From NCBI RefSeq assembly GCF_006345805.1, contig NC_043004.1, positions 29,884,001-29,948,000 of the forward strand: a stretch of 64,000 bases of DNA. Reading direction: 5' to 3'. This DNA comes from Octopus sinensis (taxonomy: Eukaryota). Position numbers and translations under genes: made by a program. The notes under the pieces were generated by a model. The model ran no database searches, was not told the origin of the DNA, and worked only from the letters and a program-made list of their open reading frames with translations. This document shows positions 39,421 through 50,779 of the stretch, one piece after another (the stretch's first letter is position 1; each line of letters opens with the position of its first letter).

Positions 39421-39999
39421 AATAATAATAATGAATGCCCTGATGCAGTACCAGACAGTGGCTCTCGTGGCTTCTGATCTTAACTGATTGGAAGTGTTAT
39501 CATGTACATTGTTTTGTCTTGGTATAAAAGATGGGCTACAGCAAATATTCTGTTCAATACTACAGATTTGCTTGTCAGTTGTTTGACCTTAACCAGTTGA
39601 GCATGTCCCTTAGTGGCTGACGATATGTGCATCTCTGATCACGAGCAGAAGTAGTGGGGGAGCATCATAGCCATGTGTTGAGAGGGATTCTTTGGGGTTT
39701 GAATAATTCACCTCTGGAAACATGGGTGGTTCTTTCAACATCCTTAAACAACCCTTATTCATGGACCTTTTGAGCGGGATGGGTTCCTCGACCAGAAGAA
39801 AACTTTAACTGGTCCCTACCTGCAAAGTCATGCGCTGTTTCTCTTGATATGAGATTATTATGTCGTGCACATATTGTTGTGATGCATGAGCCTGGTGTAC
39901 CCTTATCAGACGGGTAGTCATGATGGGTATACTGGGCTTTGTATATTTTACCCCACAGCCACTTTGATGGCATGTACTGCTCTCTCACTCAATAATAAT
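39421..39999. mobile_element. ~580-bp higher-GC insertion bounded by (AAT)n on both sides
   Basis: AATAATAATAATG at left, CAATAATAATAAG at right, non-coding interior; family not identified. Confidence 0.5.
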
Positions 40000-40219
40000 A
40001 AGAACAATAATGTTAGAGATATGAGACACTATTAAAGAGGTCAAGGATAATATATACATGCAGGTGTAGATGTGGCTGTTTAGGTAAAAAGGTTACTTCC
40101 CAAACATTTGGTCTCAAATTCAGTCAAATTGCACAGCACATGATGTCTACTGTAGCTTGAGGCTGACCAAAACATTGTGAGTGGATTTGGTTGACATTAA
40201 CTGAAAGAAGCAGCCTTTC

Positions 40220-40560
40220 ATCATTATCATTTAACATCCATTTTCTGTGCTGGTATGGGTGGGACGGTTTTACAGGAGCTGGCAAGACTGGGAGCTGTAC
40301 CAGGCTCTATTGTCTGTTTTGGCATAGTTTCTACAGCTGGATGCCCTTCCTAATGCCAACCACTTTACAGAATGTACTGGGTACTTTTTTACATTGCACC
40401 AATACCAGTGTTTTTTATGTGTCACTAGCACTAACAGGGTAACCAAGTAAGTTGCAGGACAAAAAAGGCAAAACCCTTCAACTGGGAGGCAGAAGTAATA
40501 TTGAAGTAGATGGCTTTGTGCCATTTGAGAAATTAACAGTACAAAGGGACAGGGATCAGT
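40220..40560 (-). mobile_element. RTE-tail-like retroposon directly downstream of the RTE ORF relic
   Basis: CTACAGCTGGATGCCCTTCCTAATGCCAACCAC family motif. Confidence 0.8.
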
Positions 40561-40679
40561 GTGTTGCTGTAGATACATGAACACCCCAGCTGGAAAAGAA
40601 AGGAGAGTGAGTTAGAGAGTTAGATTACATTACATGTGAGTGGAACATGCAGCACTTCAAGAACCTACAGGGGGTAAGT

Positions 40680-41660
40680 AGGTCTTCTCAAGAACCTCAT
40701 GTCACCAAGCATCTCAGTCCATTGTCATCTCATCAGTGAGGTCCAACATCCTGAGGTTGGTCCTCACTACTTCATCCCATGTCTACCTCTCCCACAGGTG
40801 CCATCCACTTGCAGTGATCAGCACTTCTTTATACTACTGTCTTCATTCATACACATCACATGTCCAAACCAACATAGTTTTCTCTCTTGCATTCTGCATC
40901 TGATTCCCATTATGCTCAACTTTTCTCTCAAACCATTTGCACTTCGTCGTACATGCACCCTGATGTTGCATATCCATCAGAGCACACAAGCTTCATTCTT
41001 CTCTTGTCTATGCATGTCTTCTGCATTCCTGGAATTTCTTCTCCAATTCTGCTACAGATACTGCAATAAGAATGAGGTCATCAGTACATAGTAGTTCCCA
41101 AGGGCAGCCAGTTTTGAGTTCCACTGTATTCATGCCAACTCCATCCTACTAACAGTACAGCTGTACATGGCTTGTACAGCTCTAACAAGCCACTCATCTA
41201 TTCCTAACTTCCTTAGAGACCACCTGATAATAGAACAAGTGACTCTGTCGAATGCTTTCTCCTAGTCAATGAAAGCCAAGTACAATGGTTTACTCTTTGC
41301 CAGATACTTCACCTGTAGCTGTCTGCCTAGGAAGAAGGCATCTGTGGTTCTCTTCTCAGGCACAAAACCACATTGCATCCCATCTAATTTAATTCTCTTC
41401 TTAATTAATTGAGCTATAACCCTTTCTGTAACTTTCATGACCTGGTCTACCACTTTGATACCCCTGTGGTTGTTTCTATCTAAGGTATCACCTTTACCCT
41501 TGTAGTAACTAACTATAATACCATCACAGCAGTCATTGGGGATGATGTCTACCTGGATAACCTGATTAACTATACAAGTGAAGAGGCTGTATCCTACACT
41601 GCCAAATATTTTAAGCATCTCAGCGCTGATTCCTGATGGTCCAGGGACTTGCCTTGTCTT
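40680..41660 (-). mobile_element. RTE-clade LINE reverse transcriptase pseudogene (internally deleted)
   Basis: GPSGISAEMLK, YKGKGD..DRNNHRGIK, QCGFVPEKRTTDA, LAFID*EKAFDRV, LLCTDDL (YADD equivalent), WFGHV..GRGR. Confidence 0.93.
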
Positions 41661-42219
41661 TATATCCGGTATTAATTTTGTTTTAGAAGACTTGTCTTCT
41701 GAGTACAGGACAGTGTCATATGTCTTATCTATCTATAATACTAATTACAGTAAAATTAAGTAATTAGTCATCCATTTGCTTATCAAACTTTAGCCATAGA
41801 ACACTATTAGATAACATAATAACACTTAAATAGCATAATAAAGCATAAAATGAAAAAAAAAGGAAATAAAAAAAATAACACAAAATAAATAAATGTGGAA
41901 AGGAAAGTTGAAAAGGAGGTCGAGAGTGTTTACAATCAAATTATAAAAGAAAACGTGACTCTAAGTAACATGGCTTTTACTATGGTTGTGGATCACTGGG
42001 TACATATGCTCTAAAAGAACAAATGTGAAGGGGGTGAAATTTCCCACAAGACTGGTTTTGAAGCATGAATTGCTCATATACACACACACACTCATGCATA
42101 TGCATCATATGTATGCATCCTCAAAAATTCACACATACACACACACACACATACGCACTTACACAGCAACGATCACTGTTTAATTCTTTCAAACCCTATT
42201 CCTGTTGTGAGTGTGTGAA

Positions 42220-42251
<32 letters not shown>

Positions 42252-42273
42252 TGTGTATATATATATATATATA

Positions 42274-42667
42274 CTAGCAGTATTGCCCGGCGTTGCTCGA
42301 GTTTGTAAGGGAAATAATTATATAAGCATTTTTAGAGATGTAAAGTATAATAGCCATCTCAATATGGCTAACCACAAAGGGGGAGGGGTGTTACTGTAGC
42401 TTTTTACGTTCTGAGATTTAATAATAAATTTTAGAGAGTTACTTCCCTTATATATGTCAAAAATGGATTAAAAATGGGAAAAATTGATGGTAAATTTTTT
42501 TTAAATCGTAGACTCATCGTAGACGCGCGCTAATACCCAGACGGTCTCGATATGAATCACGACTATAAGATACCCGGTTTTGGTTAAACTGCACCGCAAA
42601 ATGTGGGAGTAGTTAGGAATCTAAATCGTAGGAGACAGACACACAACCTCACTTTTATATATAAAGA
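42274..42667 (-). mobile_element. Non-autonomous Helitron
   Basis: Minus strand starts A|TCTTTATATATAAAAG and ends with hairpin (CTCGAGCAACGCCGGG)...CTGCTAG|T. Confidence 0.85.
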
Positions 42668-42829
42668 TTTCCTCTATTTACATAATATTGAGGTCTCTTT
42701 CTTTCTTTTGTTATCTTACTGTTTTTACCAATATACATATATATATATACATAAATATATATATAGTTACAGAGATGTACTTGCATAGCAAGTGACTTGA
42801 TCTGAGATCGTGTGCTGGAACGAAAACAG

Positions 42830-43088
42830 TTGCAGCGTTGAAGGTGTTTATAAGCCATTTAAGAAACACACAAAAACCGTTAGATTCACTTCAACATTTA
42901 AATTTAATTTGTCAAAATATTTTCGTCGCTTTGAGACCGCGACCTGTTAGCACGATATTTTTGTCAGTGAACAGGTCGCGGTCTCAAAGCGACGAAAATA
43001 TTTTGGCAAATTAAATTTAAATGTTGAAGTGAATGTAACGGTTTTTGTGTGTTTCTTAAATGGCTTACAAACACCTTCCAGGCTGCAA
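42830..43088. repeat. Fold-back palindrome, ~118-bp arms, 22-bp spacer
   Basis: TTGCAGCGTTGAAGGTGTTT...GACCTGTT / AACAGGTC...AAACACCTTCCAGGCTGCAA; lies in (TA)n context. Confidence 0.95.
42960..43010 (+). ncRNA. Minimal type I hammerhead with G3-C8 core variant
   Basis: Stem I TTTGTCA/TGGCAAA (TGACAAA in the mirror arm); core GTGAACA 42967-42973; stem II GTCGC/GCGAC; GAAA 42994-42997; palindromic ATAT loop. Confidence 0.7.
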
Positions 43089-43106
43089 TATATATATACA
43101 CACATA

Positions 43107-43137
<31 letters not shown>

Positions 43138-43457
43138 GTGTATATGTGTATGCATGTATGTGTGTGTGTGTGCGTGTCTGTGCTTGTGATTGTCCTCCAC
43201 CACTGCTTGACAACGAATGTTGGTTTGTTTACATCCCTGTCACCTAGTGGTTTGACAAAGGAAACAGATAGAATAAGTACAATGCTTACAAAAATAAAAC
43301 TGGAGTTGATTCATTAAACTACAATTCTTCAAGGCATTGCCCCAGCATGGCCACAGACCAATGGCTGGAAAAAGCAGAAGAATAAAAGAATACATTCTCT
43401 GCTTTGGTCTTATGTCCAAGGCATGAGAAAGCTTGAGTTTACATGAGAAGGCCTAAC

Positions 43458-43725
43458 AGACCTGGTAGAAACAGCAGCCAAATCTCCCTCAAATCACACC
43501 TTACTGTCTTATGTATGTATATATATATGAGCCAATGAGGGGGACCTCTACATGGTAGCTAGACCTGGTAGAAATAGCAGCCAAATTTCCCCCAAATCAC
43601 ACCTTACTGTCTTATCTATGTATATATGTATGTATGAGCCTATGAGGGAGACCCCTACATGGCAGCTAGACATGGTAGAAATAGCAGCCAAATCTCCCTC
43701 AAATCACACCTTACTGTCTTATCTT
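43458..43725. repeat. ~105-bp tandem repeat, ~2.6 copies
   Basis: AGACCTGGTAGAAA.AGCAGCCAAATCTCCCTCAAATCACACCTTACTGTCTTAT at 43458, 43561 and 43668. Confidence 0.9.
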
Positions 43726-43828
43726 TCTGCTACTTGGATATAGGTCTTATATTCGTCGTAAAAAACTTTCCTGTCACACACTCACGCACACGCACACACA
43801 CACACACACACGCACCCTCACACACACA

Positions 43829-43865
<37 letters not shown>

Positions 43866-43866
<1 letters not shown>

Positions 43867-44229
43867 AGCTTACAATTTTATTGATATATTTGCGTGTCTA
43901 TGTGTGGAAAGAGGAAGTGGGAGGCAGAGTGAAAGAATCACTCACTACAGTAAGTGAATTACTTTCATTTTAGTCGTTGCCCACTGTGTGTGTGCGTTTG
44001 CGTGTGGTGTAAACCAGACTAAGAAAAGCATTTGACACACACACCAGAATGTGAGTTTTCTGTAAATTTTGCTTAATTGGAGTTTAAATTTTAAAAACTG
44101 GACCTGGCATGACGCGATGCATTGTACTCTTAAAAATGCTAGGTAAATTGTAATTGAAGAAATCCTATATTGTAGATTTGTATAACTCCCAAAGGGAGGC
44201 AGATAAAATCTGCCTTTTATAATAAGAGA
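43866..44229 (-). mobile_element. Probable Helitron 5' portion
   Basis: Minus strand begins A|TCTCTTATTATAAAAGGC like the other Helitrons here; no 3' CTAG found. Confidence 0.45.
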
Positions 44230-44322
44230 TATATACACATAATAACAATTATTTGAGGGAATATTAATCTACACTTACAGGGAAAAAATTCAATTTAGAA
44301 ATAATAAATCAAATTTCACACA

Positions 44323-44386
<64 letters not shown>

Positions 44387-44389
<3 letters not shown>

Positions 44390-44724
44390 TAGAAAAAAAC
44401 CACCTTTTATCAATTCAAAATGAACAATTAAATTACACCATCTAGAAAATTACATATAATAGAAAAGTTAAAATTAAAATAACAATAAAATACCAATGAT
44501 TAAGTAAATTGCAAAAAAATAATAAAAATGTATATAATTGGTAGAAATAAATATATATTTAAAATATACCAATTATATATGTTTTTATTATTTTTTTTGC
44601 AATTTACTTAATCATTGGTATTTTATTGTTGTTTTAATTTTAACTTTTCTGTTATATGTAATTTTCTAGATGGTGTAATTTGATTGTTCATTTTGAATTG
44701 ATAAAAGGTGGTTTTATTCTAACT
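44387..44724. repeat. AT-rich fold-back palindrome, ~155-bp arms
   Basis: CCACCTTTTATCAATTCAAAATGAACAA / TTGTTCATTTTGAATTGATAAAAGGTGG; between (TA)n tracts. Confidence 0.92.
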
Positions 44725-45454
44725 TTTTTTTATATATATATACATATATATAAAGTATGAATCGGTTGGGTGAATGCACCTGCAATACTAGATACAATAT
44801 ACATACATACATGTATGTGGCATCAGGACCTGTGCTTTAAATTTGACACTAGCACCAGTGCTTTTAATGTGATACTATCATGTGTCACAAGCACCAGTGC
44901 TTTTCACGTGGCTCCAGCACCGGTATTAATTTTGTTGTAGAAGACTTGTCTTCTTGAGTACAGTACGGTGTCATATGTCTCAGTCCTTTGTCATTTCCTT
45001 TGTAATCTCTCAGTGTCTTGGAGTCACTGTTTGCAAACATACCATTATTCATACATACACCACTCTCTCCTACCACATCTCAATTTTCTCTGACTCACTG
45101 TCTAGCAATCCTGAACACCTCAGGCCTTGAATATTTATGCTTGTGTGTGTGTGTGTGTGTGTGTGTTTACATGTCCCCTTCTCTTGTCATCATGTGATGG
45201 TGGTAAGCAAGTATTACTATCAAACAAACAATGTTGTTTGTTTCTACTATTCCACAAAAACGTATCTGTTCATAAGAAGGTATTATCTTGCTTGGAAAGA
45301 AAGTGAGGGTTGGCAATAGAAAGGGTATCCAGCCATAGGAAATCTGCCTCAACAAATTCTGTCTGATTTAAGCAATCATAGAAAAGTGGATGTTAAATGA
45401 AAATGATGATGATGATGATGATGATGATATATTTCTACATAATACTTACATGCA

Positions 45455-45591
45455 TATACAAATGCATATATGCATGCATACATACATTCATACATACATA
45501 CATTACATACATACATACATACATTACATACATACATACATACATTACATACATACATTACATACATACATACATACATTACATACATACA

Positions 45592-45622
<31 letters not shown>

Positions 45623-45722
45623 CATACATTACATACATACATTGCATACATACATGCATACATACATTGCATACATACATGCATACATACATACATACAT
45701 ACATACATACATACATACATAC
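45455..45722. repeat. (TACA)n microsatellite
   Basis: Directly visible. Confidence 0.97.
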
Positions 45723-46549
45723 GGTACTGTAGAAGCCATAGCGACTCATAATAAAAAAGAGTTCTGGTGAATATCCCAGTGAAGACCTCAATAAAATGTA
45801 AGCACAACAGACCTGACATAATGATTTGGGATAGAGAAGAGAAACTGTGTACAGTTGTGGGAATTAGCTGCCCAGTGGATGTTAACATAAAGCTGAAGAT
45901 CAGTGAAAAAGAAAACACCTATGCAGTTACTCTATCCAGATTACAAGTTCAGGTTTATACCTGTAATTATTGGGGCCCTGGGATATGTAACACACTGCCT
46001 AAATACCAGTCTTGGGAAAATAGCCTTCTCAAAATCAGAAAGGAGAAAGCTAATTCGAAGACTACAGATCCAATCCATCACTGGAACTGTAAAAATCTGT
46101 AAAACTTTCCAGAAATTTATCATTTAAATATATATGAGCATGTCTAGATATGCAACTATATGCATGAGAATACACACACAAAGCAAAACATATTGGGTTG
46201 GTGCATAATTATTGTGGCTTTTTTTCAACAAATTTTATTGAACAAAAACAATAACATGTAACAAAAACATCCTTAAATGATTATTCTGGAGCATATTCAC
46301 CATCTACTTCAGTAGATGGTGAATACATTACCCATTTGCTTGGCAGACAGTCAGACCATCATTTAAAGATAAAATTTGTTGAAAAAAGTCGCAATAATTA
46401 TGCACCAACCCAGTACGAATCTGCACATATACATGCAAACAAAAAACCCTGTTGTTGATGTTGAAATTCCAATGAAGGAGCCTTGTACCTAGGTTAGAAA
46501 CCAGCACTTTCTCTATTGGCAAGAAATCTTGAAATAAAACTGAATAATG
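45723..46549 (+). mobile_element. 5'-truncated R4/Dong-type non-LTR retrotransposon (restriction-like endonuclease C-terminus plus 3' UTR)
   Basis: HNRPDIMIWD...GISCPVD..I..K.SEKENTY / FIPVIIGALG...LQIQSITGTVKICK, frameshifted; RLE signature RPD..E(here G)..K..Y..GALG. Confidence 0.88.
46193..46413. mobile_element. Mariner-derived MITE nested in the LINE 3' UTR
   Basis: TIR TTGGGTTGGTGCATAATTATTG / CAATAATTATGCACCAACCCAG, TA duplication; TIR resembles the Hsmar1/cecropia type. Confidence 0.88.
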
Positions 46550-46551
46550 AT

Positions 46552-46624
<73 letters not shown>

Positions 46625-46703
46625 CAGATAGATAGATAGACAGACAGATAGATAAATAGATAGATAGATAGATAGATAGATAGACAGATAGATAAATAGA
46701 TAA

Positions 46704-46737
<34 letters not shown>

Positions 46738-46742
46738 CGATT

Positions 46743-46776
<34 letters not shown>

Positions 46777-46952
46777 CAGATAGACAGATGGATAGATAAA
46801 TAGATAGATAGATAGATAGATAGATAGACAGATAGACAGATAGACAGACAGACAGATAGACAGACAGATAGATAGACAGATAGACAGGTAGACAGACAGA
46901 CAGACAGATAGACAGATAGACAGACAGACAGATAGATAGACAGATAGATAGA
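46550..46952. repeat. (TAGA/CAGA)n microsatellite
   Basis: Directly visible; the 225-aa LSIY ORF is an artefact of it. Confidence 0.97.
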
Positions 46953-47224
46953 GTCAACAGATGAGATCCAGAGATTCCCAATATAAAAAAGTTAGTCGTG
47001 CTCAAAGGATTTGAACTTATGCTCTGAAACCTTTACCAAGGGCCAAGTCCATGGGATAAAGCGTGACTATAAGAGAAATCCAGGTGAGCAGATATGGAGA
47101 TAATGATGCAAGTAAACAAATAAAACTGCTTGGGTTTGATATACAATATATATATATATGTATACATGTAAATAGAGAGAAAGCAAAGACTGAAAAATTT
47201 CAGATGATGAATGTTCATGTATAA

Positions 47225-47615
47225 TCTCTATATATAAAGCTGAAGTTGTCTGTGTGTGGCAGGTTTGGTAGCCTTCAACTAATACTATCTCCTCCGAGAC
47301 CCTGCGGCGCAAGTTGACCAAAATTGAGAGTATGATAGAAGAAGGCTTGCTCTTCATTCAGTAGAAGATAAAATTCAAATCGGACCATGTTAACACCAAA
47401 AATTATTTACATCAAAAAGGTGCATTTTTTTCTATGAAAATCCCTATTTTTTACGCTTTTTTGACTGCTGTGTCGCTATTTTTTGGTGTATTTCAACCAG
47501 AAAAATGTTCACTTAAAGAGAATAACAAGCTACGTAATGCAAGACTTTTACTTTTCAAAAACTGCAATTCTAAAGCGTCGAAGCAAACCCGAGCAATGTT
47601 GGGCGATACTGCTAG
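47225..47615 (+). mobile_element. Non-autonomous Helitron
   Basis: A|TCTCTATATATAAAG start; CCCGAGCAATGTTGGG hairpin and CTGCTAG|T end; 3' end shared with the 42274 element. Confidence 0.88.
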
Positions 47616-48522
47616 TATATAGATATTTATATGATGACAGAGCAAACTTACACAGAATATAAAGACACAGAAGTATAAGGGAGAGGCATCTATGTACTTT
47701 ATGTAAGTATGCTTTGTTATCATATAAATGTTTATATATTTATACTTGAATAGTCATCATCTGAAAATTTTCAATCTTTACTTTCTCTCTATTTACATGT
47801 ATACATGTATTTATATTTTGTATATCATACCCAAGCTGTTTTATTTATTTGCATCATTGTCAACACACACGCACACATGCAAGCATGCGTGCACGCACAC
47901 AGGCATGCACACATGCACACATACACACTGCATACACACACACATGCAATAGGAATAGGTTTCCATAGAATCAAACAGATCTCATGGCTGTGCATGTGTG
48001 TGTGAATTTTTGAGGCTGCATATATATATGACGTGCATGAATGTATGTATGTATGCATATATGTGGATTCCATGCTTCAAAACCAGTCTAGTGGAAAATT
48101 TTACTCCTCACCCATTATTGTTCTTTTAGAGCATGTCTACCCTGTAATCCAAAACTATTGTAAACACCATGTTACCCGGAGTGACATGTTTTATAATTTG
48201 TTTGTAAACACTCTTAACCTTCTTTTTAACTTTTCTTTCCATATTTCTTACTTATTATCGTATATTTCTTATTTATCTTTCATCTTTTACTTGTTTCAGT
48301 CACTGGACTGAGGCTATTCTGGGGCATAGGCTTGAAGAATTTTAGTCAACCCCAGGGCTTACGTTTTTTCAGGCCTGGTTACTTATTTTATCAGTCTCTA
48401 ACTGCCAAACTACTAAGTTATGGGACTTAAACAAACCAACACCGGTTATCAAGAAGTGGGGATGGGGGTAACAAACACAGACAATGACACATGTATGTGT
48501 GCATATATAGGGTGCATATATA

Positions 48523-49768
48523 CAGGGTGCATAATGTATTTGAAGACATACATTTTTTGGGTCATTGCTGTATTTTTTGCTAACTCTGTTTAATCTATGT
48601 TTCAGAAAATAATAATGGCAGACCCTCAGCTTATTCAAGAAATGAAGAGGTATGCTGTTATTGTGGTTATAAAGGCTGAGCATAGCAATTTAGAAATATC
48701 ACTATTTTTAAGTTGCCAGATATTTCGTCTACAAAGTTTTTAAGGAGCTAGAGACTGAAGAAGGAAATGTATCACCAGTATCAAAGCATAAAAAGCATTC
48801 TAAACATTCTAGAATCATTAGAGCACCTAAATTTATCCAGCAAGTTTAACAGACTTTTGATTACAATCTCAGAAAGTCCATGAGGTGAATTGCAAAGGAT
48901 CTCCATATGTCAGAAGGAACAGTTAGAAATGTTGTCTGCGAAAACATCAGATATAAGGTTTATATGATGTGGAAAGGTCAATTTGTCAGAAAAAGTAAAA
49001 GAAAATCACTACATCAGATCTAAAAGGCTCTTAAACAAATGTAAAAATCCAGCAGAAGAAGATTAAATTTGGTTTTTCTCAAACAAGAAAAACTTCAACC
49101 AAGTTCAAAAAGTTTACAGAACTGACAGATGGTTATGTGTCAACCTTCTGAAGTTCCATATGTTATGCATACAAAATTTCCTGCAACTGTCATGGTTTTA
49201 GGGGTTGTCAGCAATGAAGGACATGTGATGCCTCCTTACTTCTTTCCACAAGACCTTACAGTTAACTCTGCTGCCTACATTGAGGTCCTGGAAATAATTG
49301 CTAAGCCCTGGATAGACAGTGTAATGAATGGAAAGCCATATGTGTTTCAATAAGGCTCTACACTATCACACATGGCTCTGGTAACACAAGAATGGATGGC
49401 TGAAAATTTTTATGATCACACAACCCCTAACATTTGGCCTCTAATTCCCCAGATCTCAATCCATTGGACTATTACATGTGGAGCATTGTTGAGGGAGAGG
49501 TCAATGAATATGCCCATAACATCAAAGATTCTTTGAAAGCTGCCATAGTCAGTGTAAGGTCCAAAATGACTCAGGAGCACTTGATTCGAGCATGTAGATG
49601 ATTTAGATCTCATATTGAAGCTGAAGGTGGCCTTATTGAATAAAATTATAGGAAAGAAGGCTTATTTTTATCCTCATAGAATTTTTTGATAAATAAAGTT
49701 ATTATCTGTTATTACATATGTTTTTTTTTATAAACATAAATCTGTCCTCAAATATCTTATGCACCCTG
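48523..49768 (+). mobile_element. Tc1/mariner superfamily (DD37D/maT-like) transposon, full length, inactivated
   Basis: TIRs CAGGGTGCATAA..TATTTGA.GACA at both ends with TA duplication; TKFPATVMVLGVVSNEGHVMPPYFF, YVFQ*, NSPDLNPLDYYMW; stops and frameshifts. Confidence 0.93.
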
Positions 49769-49940
49769 TACATACATACATATACATATTTCGTTTTGGG
49801 ATTTGGTTTGCAAGATTCTTTATGTGAGTTCATGTGTTGAAGCATATTCTGTTGTGTCTGGGGAGAGTCATTTTCTTTTTGTGCCTTATAATTTAGCACA
49901 CTCAATAGTAAAATTTTCACTTATTTCTTATTTTTATTTT

Positions 49941-50023
49941 CCTAAAATTTCGTTGCGTCTTGCAGCCTTTTCAATAGTCTTGACTAGTGAAGACTATTGA
50001 AAAGGTTGCAAGACGCAACGAAA
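49941..50023. ncRNA. Short palindrome made of two inverted hammerhead-like cores (U3-A8 variant)
   Basis: CTA-TTGAAAA-G-G(T/C)TGC-aagac-GCAAC-GAAA on both strands; the minus copy continues TTT-TAG. Confidence 0.5.
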
Positions 50024-50059
50024 AGTACTAAAAGACTATCAGGGAAGGAAAGAAAGGTT

Positions 50060-50094
50060 GTTTAATATTTCAAGCAAAGCTCTTCTTCAGAAAC
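50060..50094 (-). ncRNA. Minimal type I hammerhead motif
   Basis: Minus strand GTTT-CTGAAGA-A-GAGC-ttt-GCTT-GAAA-TA-TT-AAAC; differences from GCTC-GAAA-CG look like CpG decay. Confidence 0.7.
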
Positions 50095-50306
50095 AGGAGA
50101 CAGAGGAAAGTTCAAGAGAAAAGGAAGACGGAGGAAAAAAATTGGCCAACAATCCACATGTAGTTACATATGTATAAAGTGTTTGAAGTGGTGTACAGAT
50201 ATTGTATATTGAGAAAAGGAGGCAATCAGAATTTTGGATAATTCTTTATTAGCATTTTCATTCATTTATCGAACTCATCAAGACAGACCATTTTGATTTT
50301 GTCTTG

Positions 50307-50747
50307 AGAGATCGTCTCATATAGGCACTTGGGGCATAAAAACAAATACAGTAGCAGATGAGAATAATCTGCCACAGGGGCCGGAATTCCCATGTCACGT
50401 AATTTTAGTCTACTAAACCTTATCAGTGTGAAGTGTCAGTTACCACATGCCGGGCAAATTTTGCTGCCATGATATATAAAATACCAGTATCGTTCCAGAC
50501 ACTGATGCAACAAATAGCCAAGAGGTTTATTAAAAATTAATTTGTAGTGATGGAAGCAGTATTAATATCGAAAGGCAATGTTTCTATCCAACTTAACATG
50601 GCTGCTTCATTAGAACACTGAATACTGAGTTATTAGCCTCGAGAGATCTTCTCTCATAGGTGCTTGGTGCAGAAAGACACACACATAGACAGTAGCAGAT
50701 GAGAATCATCTGTCATGGGTGCCAGAATTCCCATATCATGTGATTTC
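50307..50747. repeat. Local diverged direct duplication (~100 bp)
   Basis: GAGAGATC...CAGTAGCAGATGAGAAT.ATCTG...GAATTCCCAT at 50307-50406 and 50641-50747. Confidence 0.8.
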
Positions 50748-50779
50748 ATTTTTTTTTCCTAGGCTTATTTCTCATAGGA

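Noticed and set aside
46468-46510. AATGAAGGAGCCT...AGGTTAGAAACC hairpin in the LINE 3' UTR as a hammerhead
   Set aside because: Core and stem I not satisfied; only a simple hairpin is supportable
45376-47005. HTYI/MYVC and LSIY repeat ORFs
   Set aside because: (TACA)n and (TAGA)n tracts lacking stops in those frames
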